DNA of 64,000 bases. It comes from Scyliorhinus canicula (Eukaryota). The stretch covers positions 137,372,737-137,436,736 of the forward strand of contig NC_052160.1 of NCBI RefSeq assembly GCF_902713615.1, written 5' to 3'. The translations under genes and the position numbers were made by a program. Under the pieces are notes generated by a model. It searched no databases. It saw only the letters and a program-made list of their open reading frames with translations, and was not told the DNA's origin. Positions 23,338 to 34,398 of this stretch are shown piece by piece. Position 1 is the first letter of the stretch. Each line of letters begins with the position of its first letter.

Positions 23338-26300
23338 TCAGCTCCACTTTCCGGCCCGAACACCATAACCCTTAATCCCTTTATTCTTCAAAAAACTATC
23401 TATCTTTACCTTAAAAACATGTAATGAAGGAGCCTCAACTGCTTCACTGGGCAAGGAATTCCATAGATTCACAACCCTTTGGGTGAAGAAGTTCCTCCTA
23501 AACTCAGTCCTAAATCTACTTCCCCTTATTTTGAGGCTATGCCCCCTAGTTCTGCTGTCACCCGCCAGTGGAAACAACCTGCCCGCGTCTATCCTATCTA
23601 TTCCCTTAATAATTTTAAATGTTTCTATAAGATCCCCCCTCATCCTTCTAAATTCCAACGAGTACAGTCCCAGTCTACTCAACCTCTCCTCATAATCCAA
23701 CCCCTTCAACTCTGGGATTAACCTAGTGAATCTCCTCTGCACACCCTCCAGCGCCAGTACGTCCTTTCTCAAGTAAGGAGACCAAAACTGAACACAATAC
23801 TCCAGGTGTGGCCGCACTAACACCTTATACAATTGCAACATAACCTCCCTAGTCTTAAACTCCATCCCTCTAGCAATGAAGGACAAAATTCCATTTGCCT
23901 TCTTAATCACCTGTTGCACTTGTAAACCAACCTTCTGTGACTCATGCACTAGCACACCCAAGTCTCTCTGAACAGCGGCATGCTTTAATATTTTATCGTT
24001 TAAATAATAATCCCGTTTGCTGTTATTCCTACCAAAATGGATAACCTCACATTTGTCAACATTGTATTCCATCTGCCAGACCCGAGCCCATTCACTTAAC
24101 CTATCCAAATCCCTCTGCAGACTTCCAGTATCCTCTGCACTTTTCGCTTTACCACTCATCTTAGTGTCATCTGCAAACTTGGACACATTGCCCTTGGTCC
24201 CCAACTCCAAATCATCAATGTAAATTGTGAACAATTGTGGGCCCAACACGGATCCCTGAGGGACACCACTAGCTACTGATTGCCAACCAGAGAAACACCC
24301 ATTTATCCCAACTCTTTGCTTTCTATTAATTAACCAATCCTCTATCCATGCTACTACTTTACCCTTAATGCCATGCATCTTTATCTTATGCAGCAACCTT
24401 TTGTGTGGCACCTTGTCAAATGCTTTCTGGAAATCCAGATATACCACATCCATCGGCTCCCCGTTATCTACTGCACTGGTAATGTCCTCAAAAAATTCCA
24501 CTAAATTAGTTAGGCATGACCTGCCTTTAACGAACCCATGCTGCGTCTGCCCAATGGGACAATTTCTATCCAGATGCCTCGCAATTTCTTCCTTGATGAT
24601 AGATTCCAGCATCTTCCCTATTACCGAAGTTAAACTCACTGGCCTATAATTTCCTGCTTTCTGCCTACCTCCTTTTTTAAACAGTGGCGTCACGTTTGCT
24701 AATTTCCAATCCACCGGGACCACCCCAGAGTCTAGTGAATTTCGGTAAATTATCACTAGTGCATCTGCAATTTCCCTAGCCATCTCTTTTAGCACTCTGG
24801 GATGCATTCCATCAGGGCCAGGAGACTTGTCTACCTTTAGCCCCATTAGCTTGCCCATCACTCCCTCCTTAGTGATAACAATCCTCTCAAGGTCCTCACC
24901 TGTCATAGCCTCATTTCTATCAGTCGCTGGCATGTTATTTGTGTCTTCCACTGTGAAGACCGACCCAAAAAACCTGTTCAGTTCCTCAGCCATTTCCTCA
25001 TTTCCCATTATTAAAACTCCCTTCTCATCCTCTAAAGGACCGATATTTACCTTAGCCACTCTTTTTTGTCTTATATATTTGTAAAAACTTTTACTGTCTG
25101 TTTTTATATTCTGAGCAAGTTTACTCTCATACTCTACCTTACTCTTCTTTATAGCTTTTTTAGTAGCTTTCTGTTGCCCCCTAAAGATTTCCCAGTCCTC
25201 TAATCTCCCAGCAATCTTTGCCACTTTATATGCTTTTTCCTTCAATTTGATACTCTCCCTTATTTCCTTAGATATCCACGGTTGATTTTCCCTCTTTCTT
25301 CCGTCCTTCCTTTTTGTTGGTATAAACCTTTGCTGAGCACTGTGAAAAATCGCTTGGAAGGTTCTCCACTGTTCCTCAACTGTTCCACCATAAAGTCTTA
25401 GCTCCCAGTCTACCTTAGCTAGTTCTTCTCTCATCCCCTTGTAATCTCCTTTGTTTAAACACAAAACACTAGTATTTGATTTTACTTTCTCACCCTCCAT
25501 CTGTATTTTAAATTCCACCATATTGTGATCGCTCCTTCCGAGAGGATCCCTAACTATGAGATCATGAATCAATCCTGTCTCATTACACAGGACAAGATCT
25601 AGGACCGCTTGTTCCCTCGTAGGTTCCATTACATACTGTTCTAGGAAACTATCGCGGATACATTCTATAAACTCCTCCTCACGGTTGCCTTGACCGACCT
25701 GGTTAAACCAATCGACATGTAGATTAAAATCCCCCATGATAACTGCTGTACCATTTCTACATGCATCAATTATTTCTTTGTTTATTGCCTGCCCCACCAT
25801 CTCGTTACTATTTGGTGGCCGATAGACTACTCCTATCAGTGACTTTTTCGCCTTACTATTCCTGATTTCCACCCAAATGGATTCAACCTTATCCTCCATA
25901 GCACCGATGTCATCCCTTACTATTGCCCGGATGTCATCCTTAAATAACAGAGCAACACCACCTCCCTTACCATCCACTCTGTCCTTCCGAATAGTTTGAT
26001 ACCCTCGGATATTTAACTCCCAGTCGTGACCATCCTTTAACCATGTTTCAGTAATGGCCACTAAATCATAGTCATTCACGATGATTTGTGCCACCAAATC
26101 ATTTACTTTATTCCGAATACTACGAGCATTCAGGTAAAGTACACTTATGTTGGTTATTTTACCTCTGTTTTGAATCTTAACATCTCCAGTTTTATTCCTT
26201 TTGTTATTACTGGGCCTATTCACTGTGCTCCCCTCAGTCACTGTACCTTGTACTGTCGCCCTTATGGATTTCTGACTATGTCTTCTCTGCCTTGCACTTT

Positions 26301-26379
26301 TCCCCTTACTTCCTTTTGTTTCTGTCCCTGTTTTACTACCTTCCAACTTCCTGCATTGGTTCCCATCCCCCTGCCACAT
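23338..26379 (-). CDS. CR1 ORF2p, APE endonuclease plus reverse transcriptase (1013 aa, uninterrupted)
   Basis: YLNARS, ITETW, YRPP, GDFN, SDHN, QHGF, DFQKAFDKVPH, GVPQGSVLGP and FADD all lie in one frame. Confidence 0.95.
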   Translation of the reverse strand: MWQGDGNQCRKLEGSKTGTETKGSKGKSARQRRHSQKSIRATVQGTVTEGSTVNRPSNNKRNKTGDVKIQNRGKITNISVLYLNARSIRNKVNDLVAQIIVNDYDLVAITETWLKDGHDWELNIRGYQTIRKDRVDGKGGGVALLFKDDIRAIVRDDIGAMEDKVESIWVEIRNSKAKKSLIGVVYRPPNSNEMVGQAINKEIIDACRNGTAVIMGDFNLHVDWFNQVGQGNREEEFIECIRDSFLEQYVMEPTREQAVLDLVLCNETGLIHDLIVRDPLGRSDHNMVEFKIQMEGEKVKSNTSVLCLNKGDYKGMREELAKVDWELRLYGGTVEEQWRTFQAIFHSAQQRFIPTKRKDGRKRENQPWISKEIRESIKLKEKAYKVAKIAGRLEDWEIFRGQQKATKKAIKKSKVEYESKLAQNIKTDSKSFYKYIRQKRVAKVNIGPLEDEKGVLIMGNEEMAEELNRFFGSVFTVEDTNNMPATDRNEAMTGEDLERIVITKEGVMGKLMGLKVDKSPGPDGMHPRVLKEMAREIADALVIIYRNSLDSGVVPVDWKLANVTPLFKKGGRQKAGNYRPVSLTSVIGKMLESIIKEEIARHLDRNCPIGQTQHGFVKGRSCLTNLVEFFEDITSAVDNGEPMDVVYLDFQKAFDKVPHKRLLHKIKMHGIKGKVVAWIEDWLINRKQRVGINGCFSGWQSVASGVPQGSVLGPQLFTIYIDDLELGTKGNVSKFADDTKMSGKAKSAEDTGSLQRDLDRLSEWARVWQMEYNVDKCEVIHFGRNNSKRDYYLNDKILKHAAVQRDLGVLVHESQKVGLQVQQVIKKANGILSFIARGMEFKTREVMLQLYKVLVRPHLEYCVQFWSPYLRKDVLALEGVQRRFTRLIPELKGLDYEERLSRLGLYSLEFRRMRGDLIETFKIIKGIDRIDAGRLFPLAGDSRTRGHSLKIRGSRFRTEFRRNFFTQRVVNLWNSLPSEAVEAPSLHVFKVKIDSFLKNKGIKGYGVRAGKWS

Positions 26380-27324
26380 TAGTTTAAACCCTCCCCAACA
26401 GCTCTAGAAAACACCCCCCCTAGGACATCGGTTCCAGTCCTGCCCAAGTGCAGACCGTCCGGTTTGTACTGGTCCCACCTCCCCCAGAACCGGTCCCAAT
26501 GCCCCAGGAATTTGAATCCCTCCCTCTTGCACCATCTCTCGAGCCACGCATTCATCCTATCTATCCTGACATTCCTACTCTGACTAGCTCGTGGCACTGG
26601 TAGCAATCCTGAGATTACTACCTTTGAGGTCCTACTTTTTAGTTTAACTCCTAACTCCCTGAATTCCGCTTGTAGGACCTCATCCCGTTTTTTACCTATA
26701 TCGTTGGTGCCTATGTGCACCACGACAGCTGGCTGTTCCCCCTCCCCCCCCCAGAATGTCCTGCAGCCGCTCCGAGACATCCTTCACCCTTGCACCAGGG
26801 AGGCAACATACCATCCTGGAGTCTCGATTGCGTCCACAGAACCGCCTGTCTATTCCCCTTACGATCGAGTCCCCTATCACTATAGCCCTGCCATTTTTCT
26901 TCCTGCCCTGCTGTGCAGCAGAGCCAGCCACGGTGCCATGAACCTTGCTGCTGCCTTCCCCTGGTGAGCCATCTCCCTCAACAGTATCCAAAGCGGTATA
27001 TCTGTTTTGCAGGGAGATGACCGCAGGGGACACCTGCACTGCCTTCCTACTCTTGCTCTTTCTTTTGGTCACCCATTTTCTATCTCCCTCAGTAACCTTC
27101 ACCTGCGGTGTGACCAACTCGCTAAACGTGCTATCCACGACCTCCTCGGCATCACGGATGCTCCAAAGTGAGTCCATCCGCAGCTCCAGAGCCGTCAAGC
27201 GGTCTAACAGGAGCTGCAACTGAACACACTTCTTGCACGTGAAGGAGCCAGGGACAGTGGACGTGTCCCTGAGCTCCCACATCGCACACGAGGAGCATGA
27301 CACGGGTCTGGGATCTCCTGCCAT
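26379..27324 (-). CDS. CR1 ORF1p (esterase) with a single +1 frameshift in a 9-nt homopolymer
   Basis: CSSC..CKKC and GDSIVRG (26692..27324), then VVHIGTND and DGLHLG (26379..26780). The frames switch at the C-run 26744-26752. Confidence 0.85.
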
Positions 27325-28262
27325 GTCTTAAACCTTAGGTAAACTTATACAACTAGAATTTCAAAATAAAAATAAATAAATTAGACAATGAAAAGAAAAA
27401 GAGAGACTACTTATCAGTCACTTACCAGGGTAAAAAAGCACCTCCTTACACTCTGCACCGAATTACCTCACTGCACCAAATTACCAAGTTTAAATCTCCC
27501 ACTCTGTATGAGTCTCACTCCGGATGTGTCTCCTGGAAAAGAAAAGTCCTGGATAGTTAAGAATGTAATAATGCACATCTCCTCCAGTCATGATGAACTA
27601 TTTTGCAACCAACAATGTAAAACCTCCAGTTCCACCCCACTCTACAGCACAACTCTCTTAATTCCATTACATAATACCTTCCCGCGAAAATTTGTGCCCC
27701 CAGCGAATCACTTTTGCAAAGAGTATTTTGACGATTTTTGTACATTCAACCAGCATGTGGCTGTATGTGTTTGGTAAGCTTTCCCCTTCCAATCAATCCT
27801 TCGTCTTTCTGATGTGATCATTGACCTTTTTGTTTCTCTCCTTCCACCGCTGGATTGGGAGTGTGGTCAATCCAACCGCGTGTGAAATCCTGCCAAGAAT
27901 GTCTCATGTTCCACTGCGAGAGTCGGAAGCACGTCCACCGACAACTAAGCCCATTAAAAAGGCAATTCCCTTGAATTTTACATAACCTGTGCAATTTAGT
28001 GGTCACTGCACTGACCGCACGGACAGGTGCCATCATGAGATCGTGCCGTCCAGTTGTAACATCATCTGGGATGCTAACAATAGATGACACACATCCAGCC
28101 ATAAAGGTGCCAACGGGTGAGCTGGGTGTTGGGTTACGGGTATAAGGTGGATACGTGGGTTTGAGTAGGGTGATCATGGCTCAGCACAACATCAATGGCC
28201 TGTTCTGTGCTGTACTGTTCTATGTTCTATGTTCTATGAATATTATCTTCATGCCTCAATAG

Positions 28263-28335
28263 GTGATGAACATACCTGTGAAACTTTAACAGCAGGATCA
28301 CCAACACCTCCAGGATCTACATCTGTCAGTAAAAG
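28263..28335 (+). CDS. Exon: Cys/Thr/Pro stalk of the Ig receptor
   Basis: CAATAG acceptor and AAAG|GTACAG donor, 73 nt, phase 1 to 2. Encodes (G)DEHTCETLTAGSPTPPGSTSVSK(S) and bridges the phase-1 C2 exon to the phase-2 TM exon exactly. Confidence 0.72.
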
Positions 28336-29239
28336 GTACAGTCTTCTTATTGATGATGTTTCCATTTACATTGCTTTTAAATACAAATAAGTTATCAGTT
28401 TTGGCATAAGGCTTTACAATCATTTACCAGAATGGAAATGGTGACTGTGTTTATATAATGTTATTGTGTTGGCTTCCTTACAAAGTCGTTGTTACTGTTA
28501 GTGGAAATTCAGACAATGTAGTCAACATTTTTGTTTGCCTTCCCTCAGATGGTGCAGTTTTCATTATTCATGTGAATCACTTCACCATGCACTCAATCTC
28601 ATGGAGATGTAGCTGTCACACCCCAGAAATGGCAGATTTCCTGTGTGTTCTGGAGTATCTCTGACAGGGACATTTCAATCACTGTCATTGTCTCCTTCAC
28701 GGTTGTCGGGTTTTACAGGTTGTCCCCAAACTGAGAGGGTTAAAGGTCGTCTGCTTCCATTTGATTAAGAATTTCCTGTGAGGAGATGCACCAGGGAATT
28801 GTGGGATGATAAAAACAGGAAGTTCTGGAAAAACCAAGGTCCCTCAGCATCTGTCGAGAGAGGAACAGAGTTAACATTGAGTTGAATATGACTGTACTTC
28901 AAAACAGTGTTAGATGGTGTTATTCTGAGTTCCTTAGTCACTGAACAGATACGGTACCATTGCTATATTGCACCAGATAGTGCATCCACCCCAATGACCG
29001 GACAATTTATAAAATATTTCTTACAAGATTAATTAAATTTGCTCCATTAGATCTTTATCTAATAATCATGAAATTGATCAGTAAAACGTTAGTTTATTTT
29101 TCCAGCGGATGTGCCTTGTCTCTGCTGCTTTACGTTGCTACAATATGCTAAGGCCACAGCAGAAACAGGAGATTACATTTCAAAAGTGAAGTAGTCTCAT
29201 TTCCTGCAAATAATGTTGTAATTTTTCCGTTTTCCTCAG

Positions 29240-29330
29240 TTACATTATCTGGGGTGTGATCCGCTGGGGGCTCTTTACTCTGCTGGTGATTTGTGCTGTT
29301 TCAGTCACATGGTGTGCGGGAAAATCTAAG
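29240..29330 (+). CDS. Exon: transmembrane segment containing Arg
   Basis: TTTTCCTCAG acceptor and TAAG|GTGAGC donor, 91 nt, phase 2 to 0. Encodes YIIWGVIRWGLFTLLVICAVSVTWCAGKSK. Confidence 0.85.
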
Positions 29331-29739
29331 GTGAGCATTACGGACTTTACCAGAATCATTCTGAGCGCTTTGTAAACCCTGCATCAATTATTCCAAATAC
29401 ATCGTTCAGAGATATTGGAAAGAAAATCTTGCATTGATGTAAATGTCCACGGGATTGAACAATGGGCGGGACTTTACCGTTACGTTGCAGAGTGTAGCAG
29501 CCAATAGGAAAAGAATGTGTTGAAGCTGTCTGCACCAATGGCGACTGTCTCTGCCAGGTACTTAGTGAATAAAGGTTGAAGGGGCAGGACCCACATGTCA
29601 CACTGGCAGCAACTTAGTCTTTTAAAGATCGAGGCACCCTACTTAAAGGTCTTTTTTAAAGGCCTCCCCGTGTACAGATGTTAAAATGGAACCACCCCCC
29701 TTCTCACGTCCGTCCCCCCATGCAACTGCCCCCCCCCCT

Positions 29740-29771
<32 letters not shown>

Positions 29772-30371
29772 AGGAACTGCCCTTAGCAGCAGCCTCTGCC
29801 CGCTCCAAGATGGCAAGGGGCAATGTCTGGCACTGCTTGCGCACTGCCCGATCATGGAACTCTTCCCCCTGAGCGAAGGACTCACCTAAGCTCCTCCAGC
29901 GGGTCTGGCGCCAGGGGTCATAATTGAAACCAATGTGGAGTAACGTACAGGGGGGGCTGGATGGATGATCGGGTGCAGAGCCCTGATAATGACAAGTAAA
30001 TTTATCATAATGGAATTCCTGATTTTTGAATGCCTGGATTCCCGTTCCATCACCAGTGGAGCTTGGAGATCATCGCGACGAGACTTCCCGTCAACGGGAT
30101 TTGAGCCTCTTGTGAGATTTTCTGTCCCGTCACCAAAACCCCCCGAGAAGCATGGGTGCCTGAAAATCCCGGCCAAAGTGTTTTACAGATTATATGAGTT
30201 GGTTTGAACTGCCGCTGATGTGATGTGGGAAAGATCAATGGGATTGCTTGTTCCAGATGGTGTAAACATTCCCGATCCTTATTGTAGCTGCATCCATTGT
30301 GATGTGATCACTTGTCTCAATCCAGGAAAACTTCCACTAATAAATGGAAGTTTCACTTTATCACCGAAGGA

Positions 30372-31027
30372 TTTTTCAAAATACACTTAGAGTACCCAAT
30401 TATTATTTTTTTCCTTTTTTCCAATTTAGGGGCAATTTGAATAAACTCGGTTTGTTCTCACTGGAACGACGGAGGTTGAGAGGCGACCTGATAGAGGTCT
30501 ACAGAAATATGAGGGGCATGGACAGAGTGGATAGTCAGAGGCTTTTTCCCAGGGTAGAGGGGTCAATTACTAAGGGGCATAGGTTTAAGGTGCGAGGGGC
30601 AAGGTTTAGAGGAGATGTACAAGGTAAGTTATTTACACAGAGGGTAGTGGGTGCCTGGAACTCGCTGCCGGAGGAGGTGGTGGAAGCAGGGACGATGTTG
30701 ACATTTAAAGGACATCTTGACAAATACATGAATAGGATGGGAATGGAGGGATTCGGACCCAGGAAGTGTAGAAGATTTTAATTTAGACGGGCAGCATGGT
30801 CGGCACAGGCTTGGAGGGCCGAAGGGCCTGTTCCTGTGCTGTACTTTTCTTTGTTCTTTAGTGTGGCCAATCCACCTAACCAGCACATCTTTGGATTGTG
30901 GGGGTGAAACTCACCCAGACACGGAGAGAATGTGCAAACTCCACACGGACAGTGACCCGGGGCCGGGATTCGAACCCGGATCCTCAGCACCGTAGTCCCA
31001 GTGCTAGCCACTGTGCCGCGTGTCGCC
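30372..31027 (-). mobile_element. HE1-like SINE interrupted by a plus-strand CR1 3' fragment (about 30436-30860)
   Basis: SINE halves flank a fragment encoding LGLFSLERRRLRGDLIEVY..FTQRVVGAWN plus its tail. Confidence 0.75.
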
Positions 31028-33417
31028 CTTTCTGAAGGATTTCATTAAAAAATGTAACATCTCTAGATAATCTGTTTAGTCCAGGACGCTGGGTGATCTC
31101 CTCTGCTCGTCTCCAAATATTGTCATGGCCACTTTGCCACCTGAACAGGCAGAGGGTGCTCTCAGACCATGATTCACCCTGGCAATAGAGCACTGTCTCT
31201 GTACGGGATTGACGTTTCCGCCAAGATTCTATCTCGCACTCTCTGACCAAACCGGGTCAGTCCAGGTGACAGAAATCCATGTAGCTCGGGTTTTATTTCC
31301 CGTTGATGTCACTGGGGCAACTCATCAGCTTCACAGTAAAATAACGCTGCGGATTGGATCACCCGCCCACCCATTCTAGGATGGTTGGGATGAGGAACTT
31401 ACATTAAAACAGACAGACTGAGTGAATGGGCACATCGAGGACAGATGGAGTTCGTTGTGGACAAATGTGAGTGTACCATAAGACCATAAGACATAGGAGC
31501 GGAAGTAAGGCCATTCGGCCCATCTAGTCCACTCCACCATTCAATCATGGTTGATTTCAACTCCATTTACCCGCTCTCTCCCCATAGCCCTTAATTCCTC
31601 GAGAAATCAAGAATTTATCAATTTCTGTCTTAAAGACACTCAACGTCCCGGCCTCCACCGCCCTCTGTGGCAATGAATTCCACAGACCTACCACTCTCTG
31701 GCTGAAGAAATTTCTCCTCATCTCTGTTCTAAAGCGACTCCCTTTTATTCTAAGGCTGTGCCCCCGCGTCCTAGTCTCCCCAGCTAATGGAAACAACTTC
31801 CCTACGTCCATCCTATCCAAGCCATTCATTATCTTGTAAGTTTCTATTGGATCTCCCCTCAACCTCTTAAACTCCAATGAATATAATCCCACGATCCTCA
31901 GACATTCATCGTATGTTCGGCCTACCATTCCTGGGATCATCCGTGTGAATCTCCGCTGGACCCGCTCCAGTGCCAGTATGTCCTTCCTGAAGTGTGGGGC
32001 CCAAAATTGCTCACAGTATTCTAAATGGGGCCTAACTAGTGCTTTATAAAGCCTCAGAAGTACATCCCTGCTTTTATATTCCAAGCCTCTTGAGATAAAT
32101 GACAACATTACATTTGCTTTCTTAATTACGGACTCAACCTGCAAGTTTACCTTTAGAGAATCCTGGACTAGGACTCCCAAGTCCCTTTGCACTTTAGCAT
32201 TATGAATTTTGTCACCGTTTAGAAAATAGTCCATGCCTCTATTCTTTTTTCCAAAGTGCAAGACCTCGCACTTGCCCACGTTGAATTTCATCAGCCACTT
32301 CTTGGACCATTCTCCTAAACTGTCTAAATCTTTCTGCAGCCTCCCCACCTCCTCAATACTACCTGCCCCTCCACCTATCTTTGTATCATCGGCAAACTTG
32401 GCCAGAATGCCCCCAGTCCCGTCATCTAGGTCGTTAATATATAAAGAGAACAGCTGTGGCCCCAACACTGAACCCTGCGGGACACCACTTGTCACCGGTT
32501 GCCATTCCGAAAAAGAACCTTTTATCCCAACTCTCTGCCTTCTGTCTGACAGCCAATCGTCAATCCATGTTAGTACCTTGCCTCGAATACCATGGGCCCT
32601 TATTTTACTCAGCAGTCTCCCGTGCGGCACCTTGTCAAAGGCCTTTTGGAAGTCAAGATAGATAACATCCATTGGCTCTCCTTGGTCTAACCTATTTGTT
32701 AAATCTTCAAAGAACTCTAACAGGTTTGTCAGGCACGACCTCCCCTTACTAAATCCATGCTGACTTGTCCTAATCCGACCCGGCACTTCCAATAATTTAG
32801 AAATCTCATCCTTAACGATGGATTCTAGAATTTTGCCAACAACCGAGGTTAGGCTAATTGGCCTATAATTTTCCATCTTTTTTCTAGTTCCCTTCTTGAA
32901 CAGGGGGGTTACAACAGCGATTTTCCAAACCTCTGGGACTTTCCCTGATTCCAGTGACTTTTGAAAGATCATAACTAACGCCTCCACTATTTCTTCAGCT
33001 ATCTCCTTTAGAACTCTAGGATGTAGCCCATCTGGGCCCGGTGATTTATCAATTTTCAGACCTTTTAGTTTCTCTAGCACTTTCTCCTTTGTGATGGCAA
33101 CCATATTCAACTCTGCCCCCTGACTTTCCTGAATTGTTGGGATATTACTCATGTCTTCTACTGTGAAGACTGACGCAAAGTACTTATTAAGTTCCTCAGC
33201 TATTTCCTTGTCTCCCATCACTAGATTACCAGCGTCATTTTGGAGCGGCCCAATGTCTACTTTTGCCTCCCGTTTGTTTTTAATGTATTTAAAGAAACTT
33301 TTACTATCATTCCTAATGTTACTGGCTAGCCTACCTTCATATTTGATCCTCTCCTTCCTTATTTCTCTCTTTGTTATCCTCTGTTTGTTTTTGTAGCCTT
33401 CCCAATCTTCTGACTTC

Positions 33418-34398
33418 TGTTGCACGTTTTGCTATGGGCGTAAAACGCGTTTATTGGGGTGTATTAACTTCCAAGTGCTTAACACCACTAGGCTCTGTCG
33501 TATGTATTTATTCAGCTTTAGGAGTCGCCAGTTGCCGTATAGACAACGTCACTAGTATTCCAAGGTCAAGTTCAAAGTAATAAAGACGATACACCGATTA
33601 GTAAGGTCCAAACGATAATATTTATTATACAGTAATAATAAATATTCATGCACACACTAAGAGACTAAGCTATGACTAAACTAAAGTAATCAGAATACTT
33701 ATCTAACAGGAACAGGCAAGGTCAGGGAGCGAGGCCTTCGTCCTGGTCTTGGGCTGCAACCTTCAGCAAGCGTTCTGGTCACTGGGGGTTCTAGCGGGCT
33801 TAGTTCGCGTAGCGAGCGTCGTACTGGCACTTACGGTTCGGCGGCTGGTGCTCAACGGCTGGAGTCAGAGTGGATCTTCTAGGTCGTGGTCAGAGCCGGA
33901 GCACGGAAAAACAGACCTTGATCGAAGTTAAGCCGGAGCACAAAACAGACCGGACAACACGAGGTCCCTATCTTTTATAGGGGTTCCATTGTCCTTCCCC
34001 CTTCTTGGGCGGGCTCTACCTATTGGGTCAATTCCTCATCGATACTGTTTTAATTCCCCAATGCGAGGGGGTCTCCGTGATGGGGGGGGGGGTTTCTTAT
34101 GCCCTTTTGTTTGGAGGTTTCTGGTGCCTCGATGTCTGGGCCTTGATTAAAATGTGTCCATTCAGAATCAAATGTATCTATTGTGTGGGTGTTCAGGTCT
34201 GATTGCCTCATTAGCATGCAAAGCGTTTTGCCATTTGCACCTAGCTAAGGTCTTCTCACCTGAGCCCAAACTGGTTTCTGCTGCTGCAGAATGCAAAATG
34301 CTCTTTGCAGACTGCTGTTCTGGCTAAACTGTCTGTTTCCCAGCAGTCTTAGCGCTTGACCTAATTTTGTAGCTCAGCATCCATTTTAGGTGGCTACA
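33418..34398 (-). mobile_element. Solo LTR (981 bp) inserted in CR1 #3 ORF2
   Basis: TG...CA termini with a perfect CTTC TSD (33414-33417 and 34399-34402). TATA and AATAAA lie on the minus strand. Confidence 0.88.

Larger units (their letters stand above)
23236..27540 (-). mobile_element. Full-length CR1 LINE #2
   Basis: (GTTCTTAT)n tail, intact ORF2, ORF1 with one frameshift, and a 5'UTR. The 5' boundary is approximate. Confidence 0.93.

Noticed and set aside
27754-27773. Mini-exon MWLYVF(G) with a GTAAGC donor
   Set aside because: Weak acceptor and context, not needed for the reading frame, and no similarity to the leader at 53336.
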